Of a stretch of 64,000 nt of DNA, positions 1 to 13,189 are shown one piece after another (position 1 is the first letter of the stretch; every line of letters starts with the position of its first letter). The stretch is taken from assembly GCF_016433145.1 (NCBI RefSeq), contig NC_058132.1, forward strand, positions 82,631,194-82,695,193, written 5' to 3'. The notes under the pieces are model-generated. The model saw nothing but the letters and a program-made list of their open reading frames with translations, was not told the origin of the DNA and ran no database searches. The position numbers and the translations under genes are program-made. The stretch comes from Gracilinanus agilis (lineage: Eukaryota).

Positions 1-695
1 GGGCTTAGACTTTTCCTGCTGCTACCCGTTCCGGCTGGGCAGCCGCGGGAAGATCATTAACCCAGAGCGGTCGAGGAGCTGCGGGCTCGACAGAGGGGGA
101 AAGGACTGAGAGGAAGAGGACTGAGGGCCCCTAACCCGGGATCCACAAAAAGTTCGCTGGGAGAAACGTTTTAATCTTGTTCTGGGCGTCGTAAGTGGCC
201 TCGGCTGGAGCCTACCAGGTCTGCTCCCAGGCCCTGCCCTAGCCCTCGCGGAATTCTTTGGGTCCCTCTCTTGTACTCTTCAGAAACCCTGGCATCCCGC
301 TCTCCTACAGGCCTTTCCCCACATCAGAGCCGCAGGGCCTTTTCCCTGGTTCTATTCCTATCCCACTCCCTCTCTGTCATCATTCTCCAGTGAGTCTCCC
401 CAGAACCTGCCCAGCATCTTTCTTGGCCTGTCCCAGCCAGGACTTTTGCCCTGTCCTCGATCTCTGGGGCAATTCCCATTTTCTCTCTGTCTTCTGAGGG
501 TCTTTCCTAAGTGCCATCCCTGTTTGTCCCTCTCCTCTGTCCCAGTGCCTGCTGGGCCTTTCCTAGGGTCATGTCCCCTCTGGGACTTTCTCTGAGTATC
601 AACATCCTGTCTTCATCCTACTCTTCTTCCACTTTGGGTCGGGATTGGATCTCTCGGGTTTCCTCCCTACCCATTCGGTCCTGCTGGGCCCTTAC

Positions 696-1172
696 CTGGA
701 GATCCTCCAAGCCGTGATGTGCCGCCAGTCCGTGGAGGCCAAGCGGCCCGTCGGCCAGGCCGTGCGCTCCGTCCGGCAGACCGTGCAAAAGGCGGGGAAC
801 GCCTGGGTAATCCCGGCGAGGGTCCAGGCCCAGGGCCCGGTGAGTCTGAGCCAGGAGGCCTTGCTCGTCCTGGCGGCCGCCTCGGGGGGAGGGCCAGGCC
901 GGCTGCTGGTGCTGGTGCGGGTGCGGGTGCTGGTGGAGCGATCCAAGGCCGCTGTAAGGCTCGCCGAGGTGGGGGAAAGCCGTCTCTTGGGTCTGACCGT
1001 AGGGCAGAGGCGGCTGAGGGTAGGGTGGCGGAAAGTAGGGCGGCTGGAAGTCCGAGGCAGGCGTGTGGCACAGAGGAGGCGCCGCCGCCGCCGAGAAGGC
1101 CGCCTGGCTGAGAGACGAGAGCTGCGACAGGCGCCCCCCGCCAGCCGCGCCGTTCAGCCCATCGGGACGGTC
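696..1172 (-). CDS. TFAP2E: TFAP2E (AP-2 epsilon) coding exon 2, Pro/Gln-rich transactivation region with PY motif
   Basis: Translates [14 protein letters not shown]...[18 protein letters not shown]...LGLDPRRDY...GLEDLQ, the AP-2 exon 2 pattern. Acceptor tctcctggttacgcag|GAC at 1172; donor CAG|GTAAG at 696; 477 nt, phase 0-0. Exon 3 was not found in 1-695, so the gene continues beyond the window. Confidence 0.96.
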
Positions 1173-1354
1173 CTGCGTAACCAGGAGAGACAGACAAAAA
1201 GTTGGACAGACGGAGGGAACCTCTGCAGGAGCGAGTCTCAAGACCGCCGGGGTCCCAGCTCAGGTCCGCCTCCGCTCCCAGTCCCCGGCCCAGTCTAAGC
1301 CTGGAATTAGCCACGGTGAAACCCAGAAACTAAGAATCAGGAAAGGACCCCGGA

Positions 1355-1480
1355 GGAAATGTGGGAAATTAACCGGAGCAAAGGGCTAGAATTTATCCAA
1401 ATCGAATAATCGAGCATCAATTTAGTTAAACATCAAAGACAAAAAGGATTAAACAAATCGAAACAGCCCGAATCAAGTAC
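1355..1480. promoter_or_regulatory. Candidate intronic developmental enhancer in TFAP2E intron 1
   Basis: AT-rich island with TGTGGGAA, ACATCAAAG, GGATTA, two TAAACA and three AATCGA (see findings). Confidence 0.5.
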
Positions 1481-2020
1481 TTTCCTTCTCTCCCCTCCTC
1501 CCCCTACAAATTCCCTTTTTCCCATCGCTGCCCTAGGGCCCTTTCGGGTACTGTGCCCCCAGGGTCCCAGGGTGGTAATGGAGGTGGGGGGACGGAAGAA
1601 GGGGAGCTGCCCTAACCCCTAACTCCTCATTTCTCTCCTCCCCCCACTTCCCTCCGCCCCAGGGGCCCAGTGGTGTCTTTCCCCAAACCCAGGGGCCGAT
1701 CTTCAAGCGCTGGTTTCAAAGATCCAACCCCGAAACTCCAGCAGGTTCCCCAGTCTTTCCTAGCCTGCAATCAGAGAGGATAATCAGCCTGCACCCCACC
1801 TTCGGGGACTGTGGAAGCCCCGTGCTTCCTCCGCTGAGATTTCGTTTTTGTCGGGGGAGCCGACTGGAAGTACGAATTGGATCTATGTCGGGACTGTCCC
1901 GTGCTGAGTTGTGGCCCCGGACTGCCCCAGACCCCCCAGGTCCAGATTGCCGAATCCTGGTGTATTCACTGCACCACCACCCCCTTTCCGACCCCGACCT
2001 CAAACCCCTGCAGGACTCAC

Positions 2021-2047
2021 CATCGCGGAGTAAGTATGAACCAGCAT
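2021..2047 (-). CDS. TFAP2E: TFAP2E coding exon 1 (MLVHTYSAM)
   Basis: Minus strand reads ATG CTG GTT CAT ACT TAC TCC GCG ATG|GTGAGT. This is the known AP-2 epsilon N-terminus and it joins exon 2 in frame. Confidence 0.95.
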
Positions 2048-2454
2048 GGGTGCGGGCGGGCTGGAGGCGGCGGCCCGAGGGACAGCGGGGCCTCGAGGAA
2101 GGGACTGACAAACAGACGGCTTGACAGATGGACTGGAGACCCTTCAGTGCCGAGTCCCGGAGCTCCGGAGATTGTGCGGCGGGCCAGAGGTGGGCGCCAG
2201 GGGCAGCCCCTCGGAGGGGGTTCCTCAATGCCCAGAGCCCCCGCTCAGAGCCATGGGGCGCTGGAGACCCCCCAGCAGGCAGGGGAACGGGGGCAGGGAC
2301 TTGGACAGGGGGCTACAGGGGGGGTGAACTGAGATGGGTTGAGCAGGGCGGGAAGAGAAGAAGGAGGAGGAGGATTCCAGTTGGAAAAGTCTTTTAGCTT
2401 GTTCCTATCTCCCGGCCCTTCTCCCTCTGAGCCCAGACCAGCTCCATGCGCTTC

Positions 2455-2500
2455 AGTTATATGGGCGGGAGCGCGCAGGGGGGCGCCGGGGGCGCGCATT
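2455..2500 (-). promoter_or_regulatory. TFAP2E: TFAP2E core promoter: TATA-like element with adjacent GC box
   Basis: Minus strand CCCGCCCATATAAC (GC box 2463-2469, ATATAA 2457-2462) in GC-rich context about 410 bp upstream of the ATG; predicts a TSS near 2430. Confidence 0.55.
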
Positions 2501-3539
2501 AAAGAGACAGTCCGGGGGCTTTAGCTTGGGCCTGCTCAGTATCCCCAGGGAAGCGAGGGGTGGGGTAGGTGTAAGGGGGGAGGGAGGTCTTTGTCAGAGG
2601 ACGGGAGAATCTGCTGGGTTTCTAAAAGGTGGCACCAGAGTGTGTGCCAGTTGGGGTAGTCTTCACCAAACAGACTCTCAGGACCTCTCCGTTTGCTTGG
2701 GTCTACGTTCCTCAGTTTCCTCCTGGGTCTGGCATCTTTCTTTCCTCCCCTAAAGTCTTGGGCTCCCCATTTCCTTCACCTCGCACCCGAAAAACAGCAG
2801 TCCTGGGGCCAGGGTGACTGCACTCCTCCCCCACCCATCCTGGAGCTTACCCGGACACATCCCCGAGGGCTAAGAGAAAGGGCCCAGGCAGAGGCCAGGA
2901 AAGAAACCAAGGCAGGGTCACTGGCTTATGGGGGCCGGCTGAAAGGCGATGGGGAAGACGGGGCAAAGAAAGAATTCACGGGAAAGTGCCAGGAGCGGTG
3001 CTGCCGTTCTGGGAAGGTGGAGAGGTGTCTGTTCCCTCCTGGCTGCACCAGGAGACTTCTACCTGTTCCCTACCTGGCCCGGTTCCTCTCAGACTTGGGC
3101 CAGCCTTCCCACCCCAGGGATGCCTATGGGGCCCCGTGGACTGACCAAGCAGAGCCTGAGAGGGACACCACTGAGGTGAGAAAGTTTGTCTGAGACTGGA
3201 GCTGTGTTGGTGACTAGATCTGATTGCTACACACAAGAGCTTTGGGTGTGGGTGCCTTGTGTCCCTGATTGTGTGTGGGCCTGACCTACAGAATGATTTG
3301 TGTGTTTATATCCATACAGGGCTGGGTGTTTGGTGTGGCTCTGACCCACGGCCAGGGTTGTGATGATGCCTGTGTATCCTGTGTATAATTTTACATGTGG
3401 CTGTAACACACAGGTTGTATACAGTATTATCCATCTCTGTGACAGGTTTGGGATCTTCCTCTCCTGACAGCTTCTAACATCCACTCTAATCCTTTTCCCT
3501 CCACACACCTCCCTCCTCAAACTGGCTAAAATGGACCCA

Positions 3540-3960
3540 CTGAAAGTCAAGGAGTCAGGAGAGGAAGAAAGATCAAGGAAGAGGAAGCAAGAGAATATGG
3601 AAAGCTTCAAGGGAAGAGAACAAAGAAGAGGAAGGAAGGAAGGAAAGGAAAGGGAAAGGAGTGAGGAAACCAGGCAGGTGGGTGGAGGAGGAAAAAAAGA
3701 CAAGGAAGAAAGGGGAAGGAAGAGAGAAAGGAGGGATGGAGGAAGAGGAAATTTGAGAAGGGAGAGGAGGGAAGTGAGATGGCCAGGAAGGAAGATAAAT
3801 AGAAGGAGGAGATAGAGGACAGGGAAGGAATTAAGGAAGAAAGGAGGAAAGCAGAAAGGAGAAAATGAATGAAGGAAAGGCAGGAAGAAGGGAGGAAGAA
3901 ATAAAAGAGAAAATGCCTGGAAGAGGAAGAAAAAGAGAAATAAAGGGGGTGAGAACCAAT
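3540..3960 (+). repeat. GA-rich polypurine low-complexity tract
   Basis: About 420 bp made almost only of A and G (GGAA/AGG/GAAA units). Confidence 0.85.
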
Positions 3961-4719
3961 GCAACCCAGGAACCATTTATTAAGTTCCCATTGTGTTGGA
4001 GAAGATAATCTCTGTCCCAGCCATAAGGCTGAACCATTCTTCCTCTGTGGTCTTTGCTCACCCTATATCCAATGGTTTCTCTCTACTTGTCTGGCAGGTC
4101 CCCTTCAGATTTCCCTAGAGAGGAAAGGCAGGGTGGGGCTGGCAGCAGCAAGGATGGAAGGAAGGAAACAAGCAATTATTAAGTGCCTATTATGTGCCAG
4201 GCACAGTTAAGGAGTGAGCCTTAGTGAGTTGGGCTCTCTCCATGCAAACCAAGAGCAGCCCAATGCCTGATCTCATTTTTTGTGAGAGCTTAGAGTCTCA
4301 GAAAACAGACTTAGGTGATGGGGGGCCGAGGGGGGAAAAAACCTCTCTTCTCCTTGCATCCCCAGGAGGGATCTATAGATCAGAAGGGACAGTTCTGAGC
4401 AACTGTGTATGCCTGTGTGTGAGAAATGATGTGGGAGTGGAAGCATATGTGTTTGTGTGAAGTTGTGTTTGTGTTCATTTCTCTCTGAGTTATATGTGTA
4501 ATAGGCATGTCCTGGCCAGCAGTGACATGCTCACTGGGGAGTTTTGTTTTGTTTTTGTTTCAAGAGGAGTTTTTAAAAAGGAAAGGGAAAGGGCCACCTC
4601 TACAACTGCCCCCCTTTATTATACAATCAGCACAAAGGGGTCCCTCCAGCCTGAGTCTATAAAAGGACCCTCAACATCCCAAGAGAAGTCCTTAATCCTC
4701 TCATTCTGGTCCTTACCTT

Positions 4720-4942
4720 CATTCATTGTTCAGTTGTGTCTGATTCTTTGTCATTTTGGGGTTTTCTTGGCATAGATATTGGAGTGGCTTGCCATTTCCT
4801 TGCCCAGATGAAGAAACTGAGGCCAACTGGGTCAGGGACTTGTTCAGCCACACAGTTAGTGAATGTCTGAGGCTGGATTTGAATTCTGGTCTTCCTGACT
4901 CCAGGGCCTGCTCTCTGTCCACTTCACCATCCAGCTGCCCCT
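4720..4942 (-). mobile_element. Mar1-like marsupial CORE-SINE
   Basis: Reverse tRNA-like head (...ccatccagctgcccct), CORE region and BovB/RTE-like tail ggggttttcttggca...ggagtggcttgccatttcctt. Confidence 0.75.
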
Positions 4943-5109
4943 GTACTGTCAGTAGTTTCAGTCTGTCCCCAAGTGAGGCTCACTTTGAGGTAGAGATAGT
5001 TCATGAATTTGCTCAGGGAACCCTCCCTCCCCATATGAGTGGGCAGGTGTATATGCCAGTGTCCCTACATTCATTTATTGTTGGAGTCCTACTGTACTCT
5101 TGATTCTTT

Positions 5110-5301
5110 ATTTTTAAAAACTCTTATCTTGCATCTTAAAAGCAATACTGTGTATTGGTTCCAAGGCAGAAGAGCAGTAGGGCTAGGTTAAGTGACTTGC
5201 CCAGGGGCACACAGCTAGGAAGTGTCTGAGGCCTCAACTGAACCCAGGACTTCCCATCTCTGGGCTTGGCTCTTAATCTACTGAGCCACCTAGCCACCCC
5301 C
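5110..5301 (-). mobile_element. SINE1 (opossum SINE1_Mdo-like)
   Basis: Reverse complement of the ggggcagc...ctcagtgg...gggcaagtcacttaac...aatacacag family repeated across the window. Confidence 0.85.
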
Positions 5302-6091
5302 CTTCATTCTTGGTAGCTCCAGAAGCCCAGGGTTCTCTGTTGTAAATGAAGACTACCCAAGAGATGCTCAGACCAGGGTCAGGGGAAGATGTAGCTTCCA
5401 GAAGGGATGGTGCAGGGGCAGAGATAGGGGCAAAGGGGAAATGTTCACTAGACAAATGAGTCATAGGTTTAGAGATAATTGATTGTCACCCCTGCATTTC
5501 ATAGATGAGAAAACGGAAATCCACAGCGACTCACCCAGGGTTTCTGAGTTTGCATCCAAGTCCAGTGTGCTTGCCCCTTGGCCATGTTATCTTTTTCTTG
5601 TAAGGCCCTCTCTTGGGGGATAAGAGCAGGAGCCCGAGGCCTGCTGGGGAGGAGCTGCCTGATTCTGAAGAAAGAAAGAGCGCCTCCTGTTTACGAGTCA
5701 GGACCCATGGGGCTACGTGGATCCATGCAGAGTGCCTTCCCCCCAAGCCCAGAGTGTGCCTGACCTCTCCTCTCTTGGGGGGGGGGGATAGAGAGGTACT
5801 TGACTGGGATCTAGCGGCGGCCCTTCATGGATGCTGGCTGACTTGTTAACTTGCCAGGGACGTTTTGTCATTTTGTCTTCATGTAGCTAATGCCTAGCGA
5901 TGGGCAAGTCAGAATGGGGTGTCCAGCAAGCGCTGGTTCAGTGGATGGGTGTCATCGTGAGGATTCCTGCTCAGAGACGGCTGATGCTCTATGATTGGGC
6001 CATTGTGCCTCTGGACCCCGGGAGCTCAGCTCCAGCTCAGACTAGAGAGAGGGAAGGTTAGCCTCCCAGTGGCCAAGTGTAAGCTGACTCG

Positions 6092-6110
6092 GAAGGCCCC
6101 CTGGCGGAGA
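6092..6110 (-). promoter_or_regulatory. Candidate CTCF site
   Basis: Minus strand TCTCCGCCAGGGGGCCTTC matches the core CC(A/G)CCAGGGGGC. Confidence 0.5.
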
Positions 6111-6716
6111 GTCGAGTCAAGTGCCTCTTCTCAGGCCAGCCTCGCTTACATTAAATCAGTCCCAACCCCTTCCTTTAACAGATGAGAAAACGGAGGCCCC
6201 GAGAGCTTTAGATTTACCTCAAGTCAGATAACTAGTGATGGAATCAGAATTGGAACTCAGGTCCTCTGAGCGCAAATAGAGTGCCCTTTCCACTGTATGG
6301 CAGTGTCTTTACAAGCTGGTGGGTGGCCCAACTGCGTAGGAGGGGTGGGACCCTTGCCCTGTTGTCTCCTGTGCCAGCATTCTAAGAATTGTCTCATGAA
6401 GCAATCGAGGCAAACCCTGAGCCAAAACCACGAGCTAGAAGCAGGGGCAGGGCCTAGCTGAGCTCCAGAAGCCACAGGGAGCCCCACTGCAGAACATAGT
6501 TCTGCTCCAGCTCCCACTGGGTCTTCTCTCTCTCTCTCTCTCTCTCCCCCCCTGGAGAGGGCTCAGTAGCTGCTCCCCCAGAGCCCTTGGTAGTTGGGGA
6601 AGGGAGGGATTGATTTGAGGTTTTTTCTTTCTGTAAAACTGGAAATTCTCCATTCAAGGATAGATATGGAAGAGATGATGGAGAGAGACCAACATTCTTG
6701 TTAAACAAAGTTCCAA

Positions 6717-6922
6717 GAGGGCAGCTGGGTAGTTCAGTGGGATTGAGAGCCAGGCTTAGAGACAGGAGGTCCTGGATTCAAACCTAGCCTCAGACACTGC
6801 CTAGCTGTATGACCCTGGGCAAGTCACTTAACCCCCATTGCCTACCCCTTCCTGCTCTTCTGCTTGGGAACTAATACACAGTGCTGATTCTAAGATGGAA
6901 GGTAACAGTTTAAAAAAAAAAG
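6717..6922 (+). mobile_element. SINE1 (SINE1_Mdo-like)
   Basis: Pol III A/B-box head, ccctgggcaagtcacttaacccccattgcc core, A-tail. Confidence 0.88.
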
Positions 6923-7953
6923 TTCAAACTCAGCCTGACATTCGAGGCCCTCTGCCATCTAATTCCAACTCCCAATGAAGCCTGAACTCCCCTCTGTTTC
7001 CTCACCCTCCTCCCATCACAAACCTCTTCCCTGACAACTCCAGTGACTTCTCCTTCTCTGAACTCCTTTCCGAACATCGGCACTGCACAATTTAGCACTA
7101 GGATGGCTTGAAGTAGGCTTTCAGAAGAGTCCTCGAGGACGAAGGGATCATCGATGCAGACCTACACGTCTCTCTCCTTTGGCACGTCCAGAGGCAGGAT
7201 GTGTCCGCAATGAGGCCGGGCGGGATTTGGACCTAGGTTCTCTGGCTCCAAGGTCAACATTCTTGTCATGGCTTTTACACAGCCGAGTCCAATCTCCTCC
7301 TTTCTCAGAGGGGCCTGAGGCCCAGAAATCTTGGGTGATGGGTCAGATCACAACTAAGACAATTCAAATTCAGAGCTTTTCCACAGTGACCACAACTGTT
7401 TTAAAGGTCTCATTTCTGAGTGAGGGGCAGATCTCTGATTCCTCTTTGGGGGTCGCCACATAGTAGGTATTTAATACCAACGGTTGAATGAATAATATAT
7501 AACCCGTTAAGGTCTACAAAGTGCTTTAGAAATACTATTTATTTTATCCTCATAATAAACTTATGAGGTAGGTGCCATGATCACCCTCCTTTTACAGAGG
7601 AGGAAAGCAAGGCTGAGAGAGTAATGGGGCCTACGGAGGTATACGCACACCGAAAACCCTCCCCGGGCTGGGCCACCCTCACTTCCTGCCGCCTGGGAGG
7701 GGAAGGGCACCAAGGAGCCTCCCATCTGCACAGTGGGGCATCCATACCGCCGCCCTGTCTCGGCCCGGCATCCAGTGAAGACACATGCCAACGTTCTCTC
7801 CCTTCTCTTTGCCCAGTTGGGCTGCCACTCCCTCTGGTCTCCCAGACCTTCCTGCGTCTAGGCACATTGGCCCATTGTCTGGGCCTGAAGAGATGTGTAA
7901 GCTGGGGTGTCAAGGGGGATGGGGTGGGGTGGAACAGAAAACTAGAGATCTCC

Positions 7954-7972
7954 TAGTGACACCTGGTGGACA
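7954..7972 (-). promoter_or_regulatory. Candidate CTCF site
   Basis: Minus strand TGTCCACCAGGTGTCACTA versus consensus TGGCCACCAGGGGGCGCTA; one key G>T deviation. Confidence 0.45.
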
Positions 7973-8479
7973 CCTCTCACAACAGCAGCCCAACTGTGGT
8001 GTTGCTGCCGCCTCTTCCCCTACTAGGCCTGGGGGCTGGCAGAGGACTTCCTAGAAGAGTCCGCTTGCCTTCTGGGGCTCACCCCAAGCCTCCCCTTGTC
8101 TTTTCTGGGGTCTAACACGCGAGGCAGTAAATAGCCATTTTGTCCGTGGCCTAAATTTGGGGGAAGGCAGCAGAAGTGCATGTGGTGTGTGGTCACCCAC
8201 TGGAAACGCTCCCATGAAGGAGTGCCCTCTAGATTTCAGCCTCTCAGCCACTTTTCATGTGCTCTGTCCTACCTAGAGCTCAGTACTGAGTGTCCACCAA
8301 TGGGCCCTGCTCAGTCTTAGCTTAGGGGCAGAGCTTCAAAGGGGATGGGGGGGGGGGAGGAGGGGAAGCTGGTTGGTCTCGAGCCTAAAAACTAAGCTTC
8401 CAGGTAGAAGTTGGGGATTCCACAACCCTGCAGACCAGGGGCAAGTCCATGACTTCATCAGTGGACAGACAGCACAGCA

Positions 8480-9524
8480 ATTCCATTAACACCAATAATT
8501 CTTTATTGAACATCCACAGGGCACAGTTTGAGCTCAGCACATACGCAGAACATGAGGTGAGTGGGGCAAGAGGGAACCCCCTTCCCCCCATGTCTGTGGG
8601 ATAGGCAGCACCAGCTGGGGTGGCAGCTGCCAAAATTTCCATGCAGAGAAGTCAGTTGTTGGGAGGGACAGGAAGCTGAAGCCAGGCACCAACACGACAA
8701 TGGAAAATCAGTTGTTAGGGGAAAGGAAGGGAGACATGCAGATTCAGGGAACTGTCCCCTCGCTCCCAGCTCCAGTGGGGCAGGGCCAGAGGGCAGGAGA
8801 AGGAAGACAGGTAGGGGCTAGAAGGCATCCAAGCTTGGTGCAGGAAGAAAAAAATAATCATCTTCCCCCAGCATCGCCCACCATCAGAACTAGAGCCTGC
8901 ACACCCCTGGGTCCCCTAGGGGGGCTCAGTTGGAGAGAAGGTTCTTCTCTTCTTGGCAAAGTCAGGGAGAATTAATCCTGTCTCTACCCCAGGAGATCCC
9001 CAGGATCCCTGCAGGGCAAGGGCAGGGGATCACAGGAAGGGAAGCCCACGCCCTGGCCGGCAGGGCCCACCGGCAGAGGCTGAAGCCCATAACACCCCCA
9101 CCTGCCTGCCTGCCTGTCCCTTCTCACCTCCTTTCTTCTACCTCTTAGGGGAAAAGCACCCCACACTGTGGGCCTGGGGGAACTCCACCTGCACCATCTT
9201 TCTCAGGGACACAAACACTAATTTCAAAGCTGTGGCTGATGGAAAGAAGGCTCTTGAGGCCTCCACAGTCATAGCACTGCAGTCTGCTGCCCTTCCCCAC
9301 CCCAAGGGAAGTGGGTTGTAGCTCTTTTGCCAGGGGTCCAGCTCCATGCTCTGGCCCTAGGCCTGGCTGGGTACAGAAAAGCCAGAAAGCTGGGGGTTTG
9401 GGGGCTTGGGAAGGTACGTCCTCTTCCTCCTCCTTCTCCTTCTCCTTCTCCCTCCCTCTCTCCTCCCCTCCCTCCTGGGTGGCCAGGGCAGAGGCCAGGA
9501 GGGGGTGGCAGGGGAGCGCCTCCC
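8480..9524 (-). other. NCDN: NCDN 3' UTR (approximate)
   Basis: Region between the stop codon (9525-9527) and the poly(A) site; no obvious repeats. Confidence 0.7.
8502..8507 (-). terminator. NCDN: NCDN polyadenylation signal AATAAA
   Basis: TTTATT on the plus strand about 1 kb past the stop codon, followed on the minus strand by a GT-rich element (ttgctgtgctgtctgtcc). Confidence 0.75.
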
Positions 9525-10085
<561 letters not shown>

Positions 10086-10505
10086 TTAAAAATAACTCTC
10101 TGGCCCCACTTACCTTTGGACTTGGAACACTGATTTAGCATGCTAAGGCTTGCTAAGTGCTCCTGTGAGGTAAGCAGGCAGGGAGGCTCAGCAAAGGAAG
10201 AGACTTAACCGATCATACAATTCACACACGCTCAGGCAGCACCTGTTGTTGGCCAGGTCCCTGCCCTGAAGAATTGTTCCTCTCCAAATGCTCTGTCCCA
10301 TTATGGTTTCTACAAGGGCCTTGGTCCAATGGAAAGGCAAGAGGTCTGGGTTCAAGGGCCCTCTGCACTGCCATTTCTTAGCTGTGTGATCTTGGGTTTA
10401 ATTACTTTGAACCCAAGTTTCCTTGTCTTTAAAGTGGGCTAATTATAATCACAATAGCTACCTCAAAAGGCCAATAGAAAGACCAAATAAAAATGTATGT
10501 GAAAG

Positions 10506-10693
10506 GGGGCAGCTGGGTAGCTCAGTGGATTGAGAGCCAGGCCTAGAGAAGGGAGGTCCTACGTTCAAATCTGGCCTCAGACACTTCCCAGCCGTGTGAC
10601 TCTGGGCAAGTCACTTGACCCCCATTGCCTACCCTTGCCACTCTTCTGCCTTGGGGTCAATACACAGTATTGACAGAAGGTGAGGGTTAAAAA
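10506..10693 (+). mobile_element. Young SINE1 with target-site duplication, inserted into a MIR remnant (about 10325-10720)
   Basis: Flanked by AAATGTATGTGAAAG at 10491-10505 and 10696-10710. Confidence 0.92.
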
Positions 10694-10834
10694 AAAAATG
10701 TATGTGAAAGTACTATTTGAATGTGAGTTTTTGTTGCTGAGAGCCAGCATTGGGAGGTAACTGAAGGGACCAAGGATAATGGGGGCGTATCCTGGAAATC
10801 ACTCAAGATCAGACCCGCTACCGGGTCTAAAGTT

Positions 10835-10960
10835 GGGGGGGCCTGGGTTTAGACCTGGCCTCAGACACGTCCCAGCTATGTGACGCTGGGCAAGTCACTT
10901 AAACCAAAAATGTCTGGCCTTTGTCACTCTTCTGTCCTAGAACTGATAGGAGGGTTTAAA
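10835..10960 (+). mobile_element. Degenerate SINE1 fragment
   Basis: ctggcctcagacac...ctgggcaagtcacttaa core. Confidence 0.65.
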
Positions 10961-11942
10961 GAACAAACTCAGACTGGCTGGTCTACTCAACAGCTCAGCT
11001 GTTTATGGATGGAAGGAGGGGGCCAGAGCTCTGACTCTTTGGGCCAGCAGAGGGAGCAACAGGGGTGAGTGCCTGGTTCCACTCTTATTGGCAACACTGC
11101 ACTATCCTCACCCCCAAGATGCACACCACATCAGCGGAGGCTGGATTAAGGATGATCTACCCTGTGGGGAGGAGGAGGAACAGGAGAACCTCCAAACTGT
11201 TGACACACTCATTGATCATGCAGAATATGCCTGATCTGGAGGAGACATCTGATGTTCCATTACCCAGGGATTGTGAAAGCCCATGTCCCACGTGGGCTGG
11301 TTCCACGAAGAGCAGTTATTTCTCCAGTGGTTAGGCTGAGCTCGTTGCTTGGTCTAGACCAGGCTGTGACCCTAAGGAACCGGTAAAGGGGGACCCTATT
11401 TTTTTCTAGCTGGATTAGATCTCCATTCTTCTAATGGTTTCCTTTTCAACACTGAATTTCGGCCTCAATATTTAAAGGCAGGGAACAAAGAACACTACGC
11501 CCTGTTCCTGGATGGGTGTCTGCTAATCTCATCCAAGCCAACAGATGGGGCACAGGGAACAGTCGGAGACAAAGGGGGCCCAACAGACACCCACAGTCAA
11601 AGTGGAAGCTATAGCCTGGGTGGGGTGGGCCAGGACCCTGGAGCTGGGCTCAGCCAGGGGAAGGGTTTCTTATCTCTTTGAAGAGCAAAGCCTGAGGTCA
11701 GGAGGGGTTAAGGAACAGAGCTGTTTGGGAGCAGGTAGCAAAGTTTTGCTAGGAAGGAAGCTCAGAGGCAAGACCTACTTCAAGCATGAGAGACCATAAT
11801 TTTTGACTTGGCAGAGGCTCTGCCTCCAAAACCTCTGGATCCACAGACCCCTCAGGCTATAGACAACATTCATCTTATCCCTATTCCTATTTCCATGAAG
11901 GGTCCCCCTGCACACCACCAAAATGTACTAAAAGTACTGTCA

Positions 11943-12311
<369 letters not shown>

Positions 12312-12769
12312 TTAGTAGGGTCCAATCAGGCTTTGAAGAAACCCCAATTAGACTCTGGGTTCAGGTCAACAGGCTGGGCTTTGAGAAAGTCATACACAGA
12401 TCACAACAGGGAATAGAAACGAGTCAGGCAGTGGGCCTAAAGGGACATGAAATGAGAACCTGCTTCTCCTCACTGGGGGTTGGGTAGGACTCAGGCATCT
12501 GATGAAAACAAGGGGCAGATGGCCAAGAGAGCTCTGAGTCCAGTGGGCAGAGATATGAGAAGGGTTTGGTGCAAATTTTAGGAGTTTAGAGACAACTCCA
12601 TGGGGAACCCACCTACTCATGACTAGGGTCAAAGCAGCAAAGTTTTCCATGGGGTGAGTTCTAAGAATCTGGGTGTTTTAGGCACAAGTTGGCCAGGGGG
12701 CAGCAAGTGGTTGGCCATTCCCTGTCCTACCACCACCACCAGCACAGTCCCATCCAGCCCATTCCCTCA

Positions 12770-13189
<420 letters not shown>

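Larger units (their letters stand above)
690..2520. promoter_or_regulatory. CpG island over TFAP2E promoter, exon 1 and exon 2
   Basis: Very high GC and CpG density by eye compared with the CpG-poor remainder; boundaries approximate. Confidence 0.8.

Noticed and set aside
645-1389. Long overlapping ORFs (645-1298 +, 667-1314 -, 719-1111 +) around TFAP2E exon 2
   Set aside because: Shadow ORFs of a very GC-rich coding exon; low-complexity Arg/Gly/Pro products with no recognisable domain.
3227-3976. 249-aa Phe/Leu/Ser-rich ORF that looks membrane-like
   Set aside because: Translation of the pyrimidine strand of the GA-rich tract.
4658-4665. TATAAAAG on the plus strand upstream of TFAP2E
   Set aside because: Isolated motif without supporting promoter context.
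10811-10828. Perfect 7-bp hairpin (similar 7-8 bp stems at about 32225 and 60696)
   Set aside because: Expected by chance in 64 kb.
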